Shown piece by piece: positions 30,985-44,643 of a DNA stretch of 64,000 bases (position 1 is the first letter of the stretch; each line of letters opens with the position of its first letter). The notes beneath the pieces were generated by a model. The model made no database searches and had not been told where the DNA came from. It was given only the letters and a program-made list of their open reading frames with translations. The position numbers and the translations under genes are program-made. This DNA is from the human T2T-CHM13v2.0 reference genome, Homo sapiens: NCBI RefSeq assembly GCF_009914755.1, contig NC_060940.1. One strand, given 5' to 3'.

Positions 30985-31397
30985 TGCTGCACTATTCACA
31001 ATAACAAAGATATGGAATCAACCCAGGTGCCCATCAGTGGCAGAATACTATGCAGTCATAAAAGAGAATGAAATCATATCCTTTGCAGCAACATGGATGG
31101 AGCTGGAGGCCATTATTTTAAGCAAATTAGAGCAAGAACAGAAAATCAAATACTGCATATTCTCACTGATAAGGGAGAGCTAAGCATTGAGCACACATAG
31201 ACATAAATATGAAACTAGACACTGGACTACTGGAAGTTAGAGGGAGGGGTGGGTTTAAAAACTACCTGTCGAGCACTGTGCTCACTGCCAGGGTGACGGG
31301 ATCTGTACACCAAACCTCAGCATCTTGCATTATTCCCGTGTAACAAATCTGCACATGTACCTACTGTATCTAAAATGAAAGTTGAAATTTAAAAAAT
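30985..31397 (+). mobile_element. L1PA15-16/L1PB 3' end
   Basis: GCACTATTCACAATA.CAAAGA, TTTGCAGCAACATGGATGGAGCTGGAGGCCATTAT, GTAACAAA.CTGCACATGTACC. Confidence 0.85.
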
Positions 31398-31791
31398 GTT
31401 TAAAATCCACACAGTTTTAAAGTCTCTTATTCTCTTCTGTTCTCCATCCACCCATTTCCCACCCCCTTCTCTGGATATCTTTTCAGAAATCTTTTCCTTC
31501 ACCCCCTTTGTTGTCACACAAAAGATGACATACTGCAACCCCTATTCTCCACCTTGTTTTTTTTTTTTCCTGCTAATATTTGGCTAGTAAGCACCAGCAT
31601 GGTGTAATGACTGGCATTTGTTCTGATTTGTTGAGCATCCTCAGTGACTGGAAGAAGCTCACATGGTGCTGCCAGTCTTTAGATATTTGAATTACTTCCC
31701 CTGTCCACCCCACGTCTAGAAGATCTCTCTAAGCAATGCAAAGACAGCTTCCTTATACTACTTTTTAAAATAGATGTAGAGTATATATATA

Positions 31792-32079
31792 TTTGAGACA
31801 GGGTCTCGCTCTCACCCAGGTTGCAGTACATTGGTGCGATCTTGGCTTACTACAACCTCTGCCTCCCAGGCTTGAGTGATCCTCCCACCTCAGCTTCCTG
31901 CGTAGGTGAGGTCACAGGTGTGCACCACCACACCCAACTAATTTTTTTTTTTTTTTTTTTTTTTTTTGCATTTTTGGTAGAGACAGAGTTTCACCATGTT
32001 GCTCAGGCTGGTCTCGAACTCAAGCGATCCACCTGCCTTGGCCTCCCAAAATGCTGGGATTACAGATGTGAGCCTGGCC
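31792..32079 (-). mobile_element. AluJ
   Basis: antisense Alu with expanded T linker. Confidence 0.88.
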
Positions 32080-32484
32080 CAAGTATTCATTTTTTAATAG
32101 ATGTAAAGTATGGATAATTCATAATTTATTAAACAAGTCCTGTAGGGATGGACTTTAGGTGATTTCCAATTTGGGGCCATTACAAACAATGCCATTAAGA
32201 ATAGTGTGGCCAATGCATCACTTCAGATGTGTAGAAATCCATCTGTAGAGTTCCCATAAGTGCTATTTCTTGGTCAAGGGGCATGTGTAGAGTATCTTTA
32301 GCGACGGGAAATTTCACGAAGGCATCACATTTTCCAGTTTGCTGTAGCAGGCAGCTCTGCTTCTGAAATTGTAGTAGGTACAGGGTTTTCTTTTCTTTTT
32401 TTCCATTGGTGGCTTTGAGGAACTTTCAGATGGGATAGTTGAAAAATGTACATCTAATGGTTTTAGAGGAGGTGCTTCTGGAGC

Positions 32485-32650
32485 TGCAGTTCTCCTAGGG
32501 CCTTTCTTGAATGACCTGCAGGCACCATCTGGTGTTTGTTAAAAATGTGGACCCTGAGCCCTATTAGACTCTTTGAGGCAAGGCCCAATAAATTTTTAAC
32601 ACAAGCTTCCCAAGCGATGCTTCTGTGCACTGAAGTTTCAGAACCACTGT
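32485..32650. mobile_element. MER5-like MITE
   Basis: GCAGTTCTC..TTTAACACAAGCTTCCCA.G.GAT.CT..GCACTGAAGTTT.AGAACCACTG. Confidence 0.65.
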
Positions 32651-32699
32651 TCTAAGGGATTTGTTGTAGAACAATGCCGTGAGAGGACATCTTTTCATA

Positions 32700-33050
32700 T
32701 GATTAGCACAGTGGAACCACACTGGTTTACTCGGGACAAAGTCTGCGACTGCCATGAACATTGCAAGCTCAATAATGCCAAGCAAAGACTGAGTCTTGGC
32801 ATCGGGTTGAAAATAACATTTGGCTATCAACCTCTGATGCAGCATTTACAAGTTTGCCCTCAAATGCCCATAGAATAGGAGGAACAGGGTCAACAACACT
32901 GAAAATAGTCAGATAACCAGTTGCTGGAATCTCAGTGAAATATCCATTAACTCAAAGGCAGATGGCACTGGATTGGATCTACCCTTCACAGTCAACACCT
33001 CCAACAAGATGGAACAAGACCAACTGGAAACAGCTTTGTCTATCTTCCAC
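32700..33050 (+). mobile_element. ancient RTE-clade LINE remnant (MamRTE-like)
   Basis: translates to IGLKI (32801), MQHLQV, IE*E then one frameshift into RVNNTE, and KGRWHWIGSTL (32954-32986), resembling RTE ORF motifs GLxIN, IxWxDxVxNxE, RRWxWIGHTLR. Confidence 0.55.
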
Positions 33051-33499
33051 TGTCCTATTCCTAGACTAAGAGACTCAGCTTCGTACCAAGTGGGAAGTCA
33101 CTCTCTTCTGCTCAAAATTAAGTTTTTGAAATGACCACAGGCCTCTTACGATGGCTAATTTTCCTACATTCATTCAGAGAAGCCAGCAAGGGAAGGGGAG
33201 GCAGTTAACTTGTGCACTGGTTTGTGTAGGGAACTGCTGGTGGTGAATTGAACGTTCAGTTGTGTGGCTGCCATACGTTAGGTGCATAGAAGAGACCGAA
33301 GGAACTAGGGTGTGAGTGCATTGTGGAATCAGAGAATCAGATTGTGGAGGTGGGAGAAGAGTCTGAGGCAGTTCAAGAGAGCTGTAGTGGATGAGTGCTT
33401 GCTAAAATCCCAGTGCTATATGTGTAGTTCTGCCCTCCAACCATGGCTTGAGAAGAGGACTGGACCATTACTAGCGAAAGCATCACTAGGAAGGGCAGC

Positions 33500-35770
33500 C
33501 TATACAACCAATCTTCTGGCAGACACAGGGCCTGGATATATCTTTCCAAAGAATAACCCAGTACTTAAGACAATGCAGCTGCGTTTACAGAGTTTTGAAG
33601 GGAAATGTTATCATCTACATATTTGATTCTCAGTCAAACTGTCACTTATGTGTGAAGGCAACAGAAAGACAGTTTTCAGATATAAAAAGGCACTGCAAAT
33701 CTACCACCACTGAAAAAGTTAATTGAAGATGTACTCTGATTGAGAGCAGATCCAAAATTAGGAACTTAAGAATGAAGAAGTCATGGTATGGAGGAACTGG
33801 GATGAGCACTTCCAGTAATTAAACATAATATTGAGTCCAAATAATTGTTATAAGTCTCCAATTAAGTGTCAGACAACAATAATTATTTGTGAATGAGTAG
33901 CTATATGGTGTAAAATTAGCTTCATGATCTATTTGAGTGCAAAATCCTAGCATGTAAATGAAGACTGGGAAGTAGATAACATAGGAGCAAGGATATGAAA
34001 ACTTTACTTAATCTATCATCTTTTATTGGTTTTACTTAATCTTTCATCTTTCATTGTGGAAGACAGTCAGAAAACATGCTGTTAACTTTCTTTAATCACA
34101 ATGAAGTAAAACTAGAAGTTAATAACAAAGGTTATAAAAAATCAATGACTTAAATATAAAATACTTTCCTTAATGACCCTGGGACGTGTTCAACATCGTG
34201 CTGTATGTTCCTGTTGGTCCTTACCACTGCAATACGGCAAAAAAGAAAGAAAGAAAGAAAGCATACAAAGAAAGAAAGAAAACTGTATTTATTTGCAAAC
34301 GACATGCGTATCTGTGCAGAAAATACCAAGGAATCTATAAAACAAACCAATCAACCATAAACAAGCCATCCTACAACACATAAGTGAATTCAGCAAGGTT
34401 GCCAGATACAGGGGAAACATACAAAAAACAATTGTATTTCTATAAACTAGCAATGAATACGGGAAGACTGAAATTGAAAATATAATACTATTGACAATTG
34501 ATTGCTCAAAGGAAAAAAATAATTAGCTGTAAATCCAACAAAACATTTGCAGGACTTATGTACTGAAAACTGTAAAATGTTGATGAAAGAAATAAAGAAT
34601 ATCTACATAAATGAAGACATACTGTGTTCATGAATTGAAAGACTCAATATAGTAAAGGTAGCAGCTATCCCCAAATTGATATACAGGTTTAATGTGATTC
34701 TTATAAAAATCCCAACAAAATTACTTTGTAGATATAAATAAGATTATTCTATAATTTATATGAGAAGGCAAAGGAACTAGCATAGCTAAAACAGTTTTGA
34801 AGAAGTAGAATAAAATGGGAGGAATCAGTCTACCGTAGTCAAGACTATGTGATATTGGTGGAGGGACAGACACATAAATCAATAGAACAGAATAGATAAC
34901 CCAGAAATACACCCACACAAGTATGCTCAATTGATTTTTGACAAAGGCACAAAAGGAGTTCAATGGAGAAATGAATTTTCAACACATAGTGCTAGAACAA
35001 TTGGATATTTATTGGCCAAAAAATGAACCTCAGCCCAAGTCTTGCACTTTATACAAAAATTAACTCAAAATTGATCATGCTATTAAATGTAAAATATAAA
35101 ACTATACAACTTTTAGAAGAAAACATAGGAGAAAATTTTTGGAATCTGGGGTCAGGGAAAATTTCTTAGACTTTACACCAAAATCATGATCCATAAAAGG
35201 AAAAATTGAATAGTCGGACTTCATCGAAACTAAACGCTATTGTTCTGCAAAACGCTGTTGAGAGAATGAAAAGGCAAACTACAATCTGGACCAAATATTT
35301 GCAAATCACTTATCTGACAAAGGACTATTATCTAGGATACATAAAGAGCCCTCAAGTTTCAGCTGTAAGAAACAAACAATCCAATTAAAAAAGGGCAAAA
35401 GCTATCAACAGACATTTCACCAAAGAGGGAACACAGATGACAAATAAACACATGAAAAGATGTTCTACATCATTGGCTTTTAGGAAAATGCAAATTAAAA
35501 GCACAATGAGATATCACTACAGATCAAAATGTCAAAAATGAAAAATAATGGTAATGCCAAATTCTAGCAAGGGAGGCTGAGGAACAACTAGATCACCCAC
35601 ACATGGTTGCTGAGAATGGGAACTGCAGTAGCCACTCTGGAAAACTGGCAGTTTTTTAAAACATGCCAACTGCCCTATGACCCAGCAGTTGCACTCTTGG
35701 GCATCTATCCTAGATAAATCAAAGCTTAAAGGCTCATACAAAAACCTCTGTGTGAATATTTATAGCAAGC
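33500..35770 (+). mobile_element. degenerate L1M ORF1/ORF2 fragments
   Basis: AAGTGAATTCAGCAAGGTTGC, GAAAGACTCAATATAGTAAAG, GATTTTTGACAAAGGCACAAAA, AACAGACATTTCACCAAAGAGG, ATGACCCAGCA.TTGCACTCTTGGG; many stops. Confidence 0.85.
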
Positions 35771-36129
35771 AAGGAAAAAAAAACCCACAAGAGAAACCTA
35801 AGGTGAACTGGAGTAAGAATATAGATGAGAATATATAATATTTTATATTCTGATGAAATATAGTGTTAGGATATATAAAAAGGATTGTGTTGATACCTCT
35901 AAGAGTTAGTCCTGGAAAACAGAACAAAGCAAAGCAAACAAAAGAGCCAATAAAACATCTACTTCTAATTATATATTTAATCATATATATAGATCATATA
36001 TATATCACGCATATATTTATGTAACATATACAATGAATATATATAGCAAATATATATATGAACAACATGCAAGTTAGAAGTGAGAAAGGACTTATAAATC
36101 CAGAGATAGAAAAATTATAAGACGAGATG

Positions 36130-36345
36130 TGCTATTACAATGGTGTTCAGACTGGTACTCTCGGATTTATGTCGTAGCTTTTCCACTACTGTTTTCTGAC
36201 CTTGGGTGATTATTTACTCTCTCAGTCTCAATCTCCTCCACTATAAAACAGGGATAATAACGCAGTAGTTGTATGGATTTGGTTAAATAATGCATGCAAA
36301 TAGCTCAACCCAGTGTTGGATGCCTCATAGAACTAGGATGATAGC
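36130..36345 (+). mobile_element. MIR
   Basis: TGACCTTGGGTG.TTATTTA..TCTCA.TCTCCTC..CTATAAAACAGGGATAATAA. Confidence 0.6.
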
Positions 36346-36432
36346 TGTTTTTCAATTTTTGGTATTAAGTTTGAAAGTCCAAGAAGACAGAAATGCTCAA
36401 ATTGTCTACCATAAAAGATAGACTGCCTAGAT

Positions 36433-36637
36433 TAGGGGTTGGCAAATGTTTTCTTACAGGACTAGATAGTAAATATTTTAGGTTTATGGGGCATCTGAGC
36501 AACTACTCAATGCTACTATTGTAGCATGAAGGCAGCCGTGGACAATTTATAAAGAAGTGAGCATGGCTGTGTTCCAATAAATCTTTATCAAAACAGGTGG
36601 CAGGCCTGCAGGCTGTAGTTTACTGGCCTCTAGTCTA
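36433..36637 (+). mobile_element. MER58A
   Basis: AGGGGTTGGCAAA..AGATAGTAAATATTTTAGG..GCAACTACTCAA..GAGCATGGCTGTGTTCCAATAAA. Confidence 0.85.
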
Positions 36638-36699
36638 AACCAATAACAAGAAGGAAGTAATGAAAGTTTTCAAAATCCTCACCAAAACCTATATAACAA

Positions 36700-37460
36700 A
36701 TGATCCTTTTGGTTTTTAAAACATTTCTCTAGACCATAGGGAAAAAGGACACTGTCTCACTTCTCTCCTCTTACCCTAGCATCATACATACACAAAAATC
36801 TAACAAAGATAAGGCAAAAAATAAAGCCATGGTCTAATTTCACTTATAAACACAGAGAAAACAGTCCTAAATAAAATCTTGGCAAGTTGAATCCTCTAGG
36901 ATATTAAAAGAACAATGCATCATGATCAAGGAAGCTTCATTCTAGAAATACATTATGATTTATTATTAGGAAGTCTATTAATACGTCCCATCAATATGTC
37001 AAAGGAAAAATATGATCATAGATGCAAAAAAAAGCATTTGTTAAAATTTCAATATTTGTTCTTGGTGAAAATTCTTGGAGAAAGGACTAAGAACAAAAAG
37101 ATACTTTTTCAGCATGATGAAGACTATATGTGGCCAACCAGTAGCCAAAAATATACTTAATTTTGAGATACTTAAGGAATTCCCATTAAAGTTAAGAATA
37201 AATGAAAGATGGTTGATAGCAACACTGTTATTTGTCATTGTTTTGGATGTTCTAGTCAATGAAACAAGAAAAGAAACATATAAATACTAATTACATATTG
37301 GAAAAACGAATACCAAATTAACACTATTCACAGGTTATATTATTTATTTTAGCAACTCTAAAGGAATCCATTGAAAAACTATTAGTACAAATAACAGAAT
37401 TAGTTAAGAGGGCTGATTACAAAACATGTCAACCAAAATCAATAACTTTCTTAGAGAGCA
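36700..37460 (+). mobile_element. degenerate L1M ORF2 fragment
   Basis: ATAGATGCAAAAAAAAGCATTTG.TAAAATT, TTCCCATTAAAG, TTGTTTTGGA.GTTCTAG.CAATG (RT region). Confidence 0.75.
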
Positions 37461-38605
37461 TCTCTAACTTGGTGGATGACATAATGGAAAAATAATCCCT
37501 TTTGGTCTCCAGATGCCACCAGCTCCCTTTTCCTCCTCCGCATGCTTGGCAGAAGGCCAGAGGAAGTACTGTAGTCCTCTACTACAGAGGGAAGTGTAGG
37601 AAACTGGAATATTAACCATGGATTGGCAATCTGTGTGTCTAAAGGAAAGTGGTTTACATTTTCTTTTAAACGTCACACTTGGCATGCCAGATCCCCATGG
37701 CGTTGGAGCATACCAAAGTGATAGAGCGTGGGCATAATATGTTTCAGGCAAAATGTTTAGCATTTGCACAGTTAGGTTCTCACCAATGGTGTGTTCCTTC
37801 CATAGACATGTGAGCCTGGAGCTTGGAGCATTGGAGTTTGAGAAATGGCTTGATGAGGGCATTGAGAAGCACTAGAAAGGATATGGATAGCAACTCGATT
37901 CAAATTTTATTTTTGTCTACTTTTCTAAGTTTGTTTACTTCAAGCACTTAAACTCCACTTCTTTGAGCCTTTGTTGCCTTGCCTACATACTGAGGATAAT
38001 TAAACCTTTCTCCTAGGGTCTTGTAGCAGTAAATATGATTGGATGAAAAATACGAAAGCATGTCAACAACTGCTTGTTAAAAGTTAGTTACCTTTCTGCT
38101 TCCTTCTTATGCTTGGCTAGCTCCCTTGACTCTTTGAAAACATCAGAAAGCCTAGCCTTAAACTCCTTTTTGGAAACTAAGCATTGGGTCCCAGAGCCTG
38201 AGGTTTCTTAACGTCTGCCCCTAGTCTGGTTCAGCTTCTGCCTGTTTCTCAACTTTGCTCTCATTTCAGGAAAGGAGACAAATGAATTATTCACAATTAT
38301 TGTCTCTTGAGGGGCAGTGACTGTCTCTTCTATCTTGTTCTTCCACTCCCCTCCGGAGCATCCAGAGCAACTCTAGAAATAGGAGTGTAGAAATAAAACC
38401 CAGGAAAGAGGGACTTTAGAAACAAGAGGCAATGCCATGGACAGGGGTGGCAGAACTGTTGCCCTTCCAGTCTTTGCTCTGCCATCCACCAGACTTGTTG
38501 CATGGGAAACTCAGTCAAACTCTGAAGCTTCGGAGTGTTCTCCACTATAAAAGGAGAAAAATGATCATCTACCTTAGGGTGGTGTTGTAAAGGTCACATA
38601 TGTGT

Positions 38606-38929
<324 letters not shown>

Positions 38930-41045
38930 TTAACTATGTTACACATACATATAAATATAAATTCTGTTTATTAATAGCTCATATAATATACAGACTCTGC
39001 GCCTGTACAAATGTAAAGGCAATGCATTTTACGTAGGAAAAATGGTTGAGTCGAATGATTTAATTTTTTTACAAATCACACAATACTTGCATGAAATAGC
39101 AACAGGTGCGAACCTCCTAGGCAGATAGGAGTGCAGTGCTTTGTTTCACAGATACCATCAAGCCTAACCTTTATTGTGGGCTTACTATGTGTCAGGCCTG
39201 TTCTAGGATCTTGTTAATGAACTGATTCATTTTTTTCTCATAACAACATAGAGGGGAAAAGATCACATGGGGAAGGCACCAGGTCCCTGGACTTTGCCTC
39301 GCGTGCTCCTGGCATTTTGTAGAGAGGTAAGGACTTGGTTCCTTATGGACTTTTAAGCTCATGATTGGTTTGGTCTGGTTTCAATTCTCATCTTCATGTA
39401 TGCTCTTAGAAATAATCTCATTTTAGGAGAGAAATTCAGAGTCAACACGGAAACTGAAAAGCTCTAGTACTGCCTGAAGTCTCAGAATAAAGGGTGCCTT
39501 CATTTTCACTTTTCCAAATAATCTATGAGAGGGACTTTTAGTAGATCCGTAAGATGTGATACTAACATAGTATCTGCATATTGTGAAAAATTTATAACTG
39601 TATCCATAAAGGTTATTTGACTCCATTGCCTCAAAGTCTATATAATTAGAATTCCATGATGTCATCTTTGAGCTTTAATATAGCTTAAAATTATCCTTCT
39701 GTAGGTTGTGTTTCTTTCTGAAACATTTTAAATTTAGAAAATTAACTTGTTAAACTTTTTTAAGTTAAATCTTTAGATTTTTTTTTATTCACCCTGCTGT
39801 GGGGGAGTCAGAATGACAAATGCTTGAATCATCAAAGTCAAATGTTAGGGCATTTTAGCCCCTCTGGGAAAGCTAAGGTCTCCATGGCCCAAGAATCTAA
39901 CTCTACTTATGGGGATGATGATCTCACATGATCTCATGATCTCTGTGTTTTGCCAACATTCCTTCTTGGCAGGACTTAGGAGTGCAGATGGGCCCCAGAG
40001 AGCATGCCTTGCTCAAGCCAGGTCCCCCTCCTGCTGCCACTTTGGGTGGCTGGAAAAACCTCACAAAGGGTGCAGTGTCTGCGGTTGGGAGACTGGTCTC
40101 AATTTTCCTCCATCACCTGCTCATAAACTCTCATGGGTTTCTGGGTCACAGTGCAGCCCTAGGTCAATCTTCCAAAAGCTGATTTGCTGAATTTCATGTG
40201 AATTGACTAGCTTCATGTCAGCATTTTAGGGAACATTTGATTGGTCTTCATGCCTGCTTTCTGCCTTTGCAGGCTGAGAAACAATGAGGGGAGAGAATGA
40301 GGGACAGAGAGAGGAGGGGACTGAGGGGCCAAGGAGGTTCCGATGAGCAAAAATGGAAGAGAAAGAACGTCAGAGAGGAGGCTATTGGGGGATGAGGAGA
40401 GAGACCAGAGATCAAGAAGCATGAAGGTATTGAGGGCCAGAGAGGGGACTTCTAGGGACATGGAGAGGCTGCAGGACAGAGAAAGGGCTAGGGGAACGGG
40501 ACAGTGGTTCTTTCATTTCAATGATCAAAGTTCCCAGCTTTTTGACACCACAGGGGCACCCTGACAATTCTGGCAATAAGAACATGAAAGGCCTGGTCTT
40601 TATTTCACTCAATTCCTGCTATGTGTGGTGAGTGTGGGTGAGCCAAGGGGAAGGTGATCCTATTGTCAGGGGGTAATTTACCATGAATAGGGGATGATAC
40701 GGAAATAATGTGTGTGATCCTTCCCCTGCCACTGTTGGGATGTCTTTTTAATTTCCTTCCCTCATTTGTCACAGCCGTGAAAATACTTTTTCTGATATGA
40801 TGAATGACAGATGGCAGGGTGCCGGCAGCCCTTCTGGAGGGATGGGAGGTTGTGTGTGTCCACGATAGGGGCCCAATAAGTACTGGCTGAATGAGAAAAT
40901 GAGGAGCCTCACTGTGGGCTTTCTTTGGGGTGGATGGAGGTGCTGAGTGACCTCTCAGCTTCCTAGAAGTCACAGGCCAGAAGCCGTGGAATCTCAGTGG
41001 TGGAAAGTCCTACTGATTTGAGGATCAGGGAGGGAGAGAATCAGC

Positions 41046-41299
41046 AATGGTGTGCTGATAAATGTTTAGTAGTTGGCTCTCTGGTAAAAAAGAAAAAGAA
41101 AAAGAAAAAGAAAAAGAAAACAAAAACAAAACAAAACAAAAAAAACAAACAATGAACAACCCTGGTATGCAGTGCTTGCCACTGGTCAGTTTCCATGGTC
41201 AGTTTCTCACCATGGGCAATTTCATGTGCCATCACTGAACACAGAGTAGGGAAGAGATCCACGCCATTGGCTCACAAGCTGGCCCTACCACACCACCAG
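41046..41299 (-). mobile_element. MER63A (hAT-Blackjack) with internal A-rich microsatellite
   Basis: TGGTGTGCTG.TAAATGTTTA..GGCTCTC; TCACTGAACACAGAGT.GGGAAGAGAT; CACACCAC terminus. Confidence 0.75.
41086..41152. repeat. (AAAAAG)n(AAAAC)n compound STR
   Basis: directly visible. Confidence 0.9.
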
Positions 41300-41737
41300 G
41301 AGGAATATATATTGGGCAACGACTAATAGCAATAGAAAAACTCATGCTTCTTTCTCCTGGCATGACTTCATGTATATGACATACATCCTCTCATTTTATG
41401 CTTGTAGCAACTCTGAATCCTAAGATTTATTTCCTCATTGCAGGTGGGGAAGCCAAAGCTCAGAGGGGTTAAATAATGTTTCTGTTATTGTACAGCAAAT
41501 CAGTGGCAGAGTGGATTCTAAGATTCGTGCCTTCTCTACTCACTTCACTGGGCTGTCAGAGGTTAAGGGAAGAGTTACATAAGCCACCTCTGATTATTAG
41601 AGAATGACAGGGCTGGCTAATTCTGCCTGGATAGTATTGAAGAGGAGCTTCATTCAGGGGCACCGCTTTGCTAAAGAGACCACCCAAAGAATGAGTAGTT
41701 TTGAGTCACCAGGTACCCTGAAGTGGTACCTGAAGGT

Positions 41738-41797
41738 ACAGCTGGTATGATGGATGACAGATGCCGGTACCTTGCTGTCATCCATCATATCAGTTGT
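41738..41797. other. 23-bp inverted repeat (hairpin) with a 14-nt loop
   Basis: ACAGCTGGTATGATGGATGACAG / CTGTCATCCATCATATCAGTTGT. Confidence 0.9.
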
Positions 41798-42044
41798 CAG
41801 TTACCAGGTAGACCTAGCGGTAAAGGGTAAGTTATATCTCTTGCCTAAATGTCAGTTTCCTCATCTGTAAAATGGGACCCTGAAAGTCTACTTTAGAGGG
41901 CTATAGGGTTGTTAAGATTTAATGAGTTAAGTCCATAAAGAACCTAACGTAGTGTCAGACACATAATAGATCCAGAGAAATGCTGATTCTTAGCAGGCTA
42001 ACTTTTTCTTTTTGAATTCCTCTTTAGGCCAGAACTGACTAGTA

Positions 42045-42626
<582 letters not shown>

Positions 42627-43214
42627 TAAGACTGCTCTTCTCGAGACAGCATCCTTGTTCTGCACTGGTTCCTTTGGAGCAGCTGCTCAGCCCTGCTAAA
42701 GGCATCTTGCTCAGTGCAATATTAGTTTGCTGCGGAAGATCTGGGACCTGGGCTCCTCTCCTCATTCTCCTTGATCTTAGTTTTGGTTCTGCCAGGACTT
42801 TGCTGGGCAATCTTTGTCATGTCCTTTCCCCTTTTTAGATTCAATTTCTTGATTTGCAAAACAAGACAGTAGGAGAGAGTCACTTTCTAGTTTAGGCATT
42901 CTGAAGTTCTGTGAATCTGTGATACCAGCTGGTTGGTGCATTTTCCTGCCAGGCCATAAGCAGTACTTGCCTTTATTTCTGGGCTCCAGTGGGGGTCTTC
43001 AGAGATACATAGATGCATATGGTCAGGACAAGAGTTAGGAGGAGTAAAGGTAAGGGTTCAATCCAAACCTTTTGGAATAGTAACAGGGTGGCCCAGAGAG
43101 ATGAAGAATGATTGGGGCACAGGAATCTTCTTGCTTTGGGGCCTAAACGACATCTCCAGGGAATGGCTACTCATTGGGCACATATGAGCCAGGCACTGTG
43201 CCAAGAGCTAATGG

Positions 43215-43750
43215 GAGACACTTGTCATTCTTTCTGGCCACACACTCTGGAGCCGCTTTTTTTTTTTTTTTTTTTTTAATATTTGTGAATTCGCCACCTC
43301 ATAAACCCATGTCTCTTTAATGCACAACTCAGAAACCCACTCGCCCAACCTCCCTTGCAGCTAGAGCACAGACATGTGACCTAGGATCTGTCAATCAGGT
43401 GAGTCCTTGCTGGACTCTGAATTGGTGGCTAGAAGCAGCAGACACTGTGTTTGATCTGTTCTGGAGGGGGAAGTGTTAAGTATGTCCAGACTGCAGAGTC
43501 AGCTATGGTGGGGCTTCTAGCAAGATCTGTCCCTTGTGAATGTTGAATATTCACAGCATCTGTAGTGCAGATTGCCTGGTCTGGACTCTGGAGTGGTGGC
43601 AGCGGGTTCTGTACTGTGGTCAAGATGTTTCTTCTGGCTTTCTAAATGTGTCCTAATTGGATTCTCAGGGCCTCCCAAAGCTTGTCTTTCCTGGTTAAAC
43701 TGGTTAGAGTGGGCTTCCATGTTTATAAATAAGAATCTTGACTGCTTACA
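43215..43750 (+). mobile_element. LTR16-like ERVL solo LTR
   Basis: CCTCCCTTGCAGCTAG.GCACAGACATGTGACCTAGG.TCTG.CAATCAG; TAAACTGGTTAGAGTGGGCTT..AAGAA.CTTGACTG. Confidence 0.6.
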
Positions 43751-43776
43751 ACACTTTATGTGTGTTATCTCATTGA

Positions 43777-44111
<335 letters not shown>

Positions 44112-44559
44112 TAGGTGTTATTATCCTCTTCTTGTAACTGAAGAAACTGAGTCAAGAAGAGATGAACTAACTTGCTCAAGGTTCCACTGTCGATAAGTGG
44201 AGGCCCAGGATTTGAGTCCAGATCCTCTGGTTCCAAAGCACACATTCTTAACCACCATGCATCTCCTGTCAGAGATTTGTGGGTGTGGAAAGGTCCTTGC
44301 AAATCACTTGTCAGTAGTACAGGGTTTCATGAGATCTACACCTGGGCTGGGCACGCCTGTTGGTTTTTTACTGACAACGCATAATTTTTCGAGGAGTGGT
44401 AATCAGAGGCAACCGTTCTAGTGACAGTGATTCAGGCGTAAACACTTGGCTTTGGCCCAGAGGTTGCACTGTGTGAGACCACAGGTGAACACTAGAATGT
44501 TTACACTCTTCCGGAGTCTGTAGGTGGATGCCAGGGACAGAGAATGAGATTGTAACCCA

Positions 44560-44643
44560 GAGAAAGAAAGAAAAGAAAGAACGAACAAACAAAAGAAAGA
44601 AAGAACGAACGAATGGACAAAAGAAAGAACGAATGAAAGAAAG
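44560..44643. repeat. (GAAA/GAAC)n purine-rich repeat
   Basis: directly visible. Confidence 0.85.

Noticed and set aside
34004-34058. Short tandem duplications (also 5232-5260, 39917-39943, 61698-61730)
   Set aside because: Ordinary slippage duplications with no further structure.
33500-37460. Long L1-derived region as a possibly intact L1
   Set aside because: Riddled with stops, deletions and nested MIR/MER58 elements; ancient and dead.
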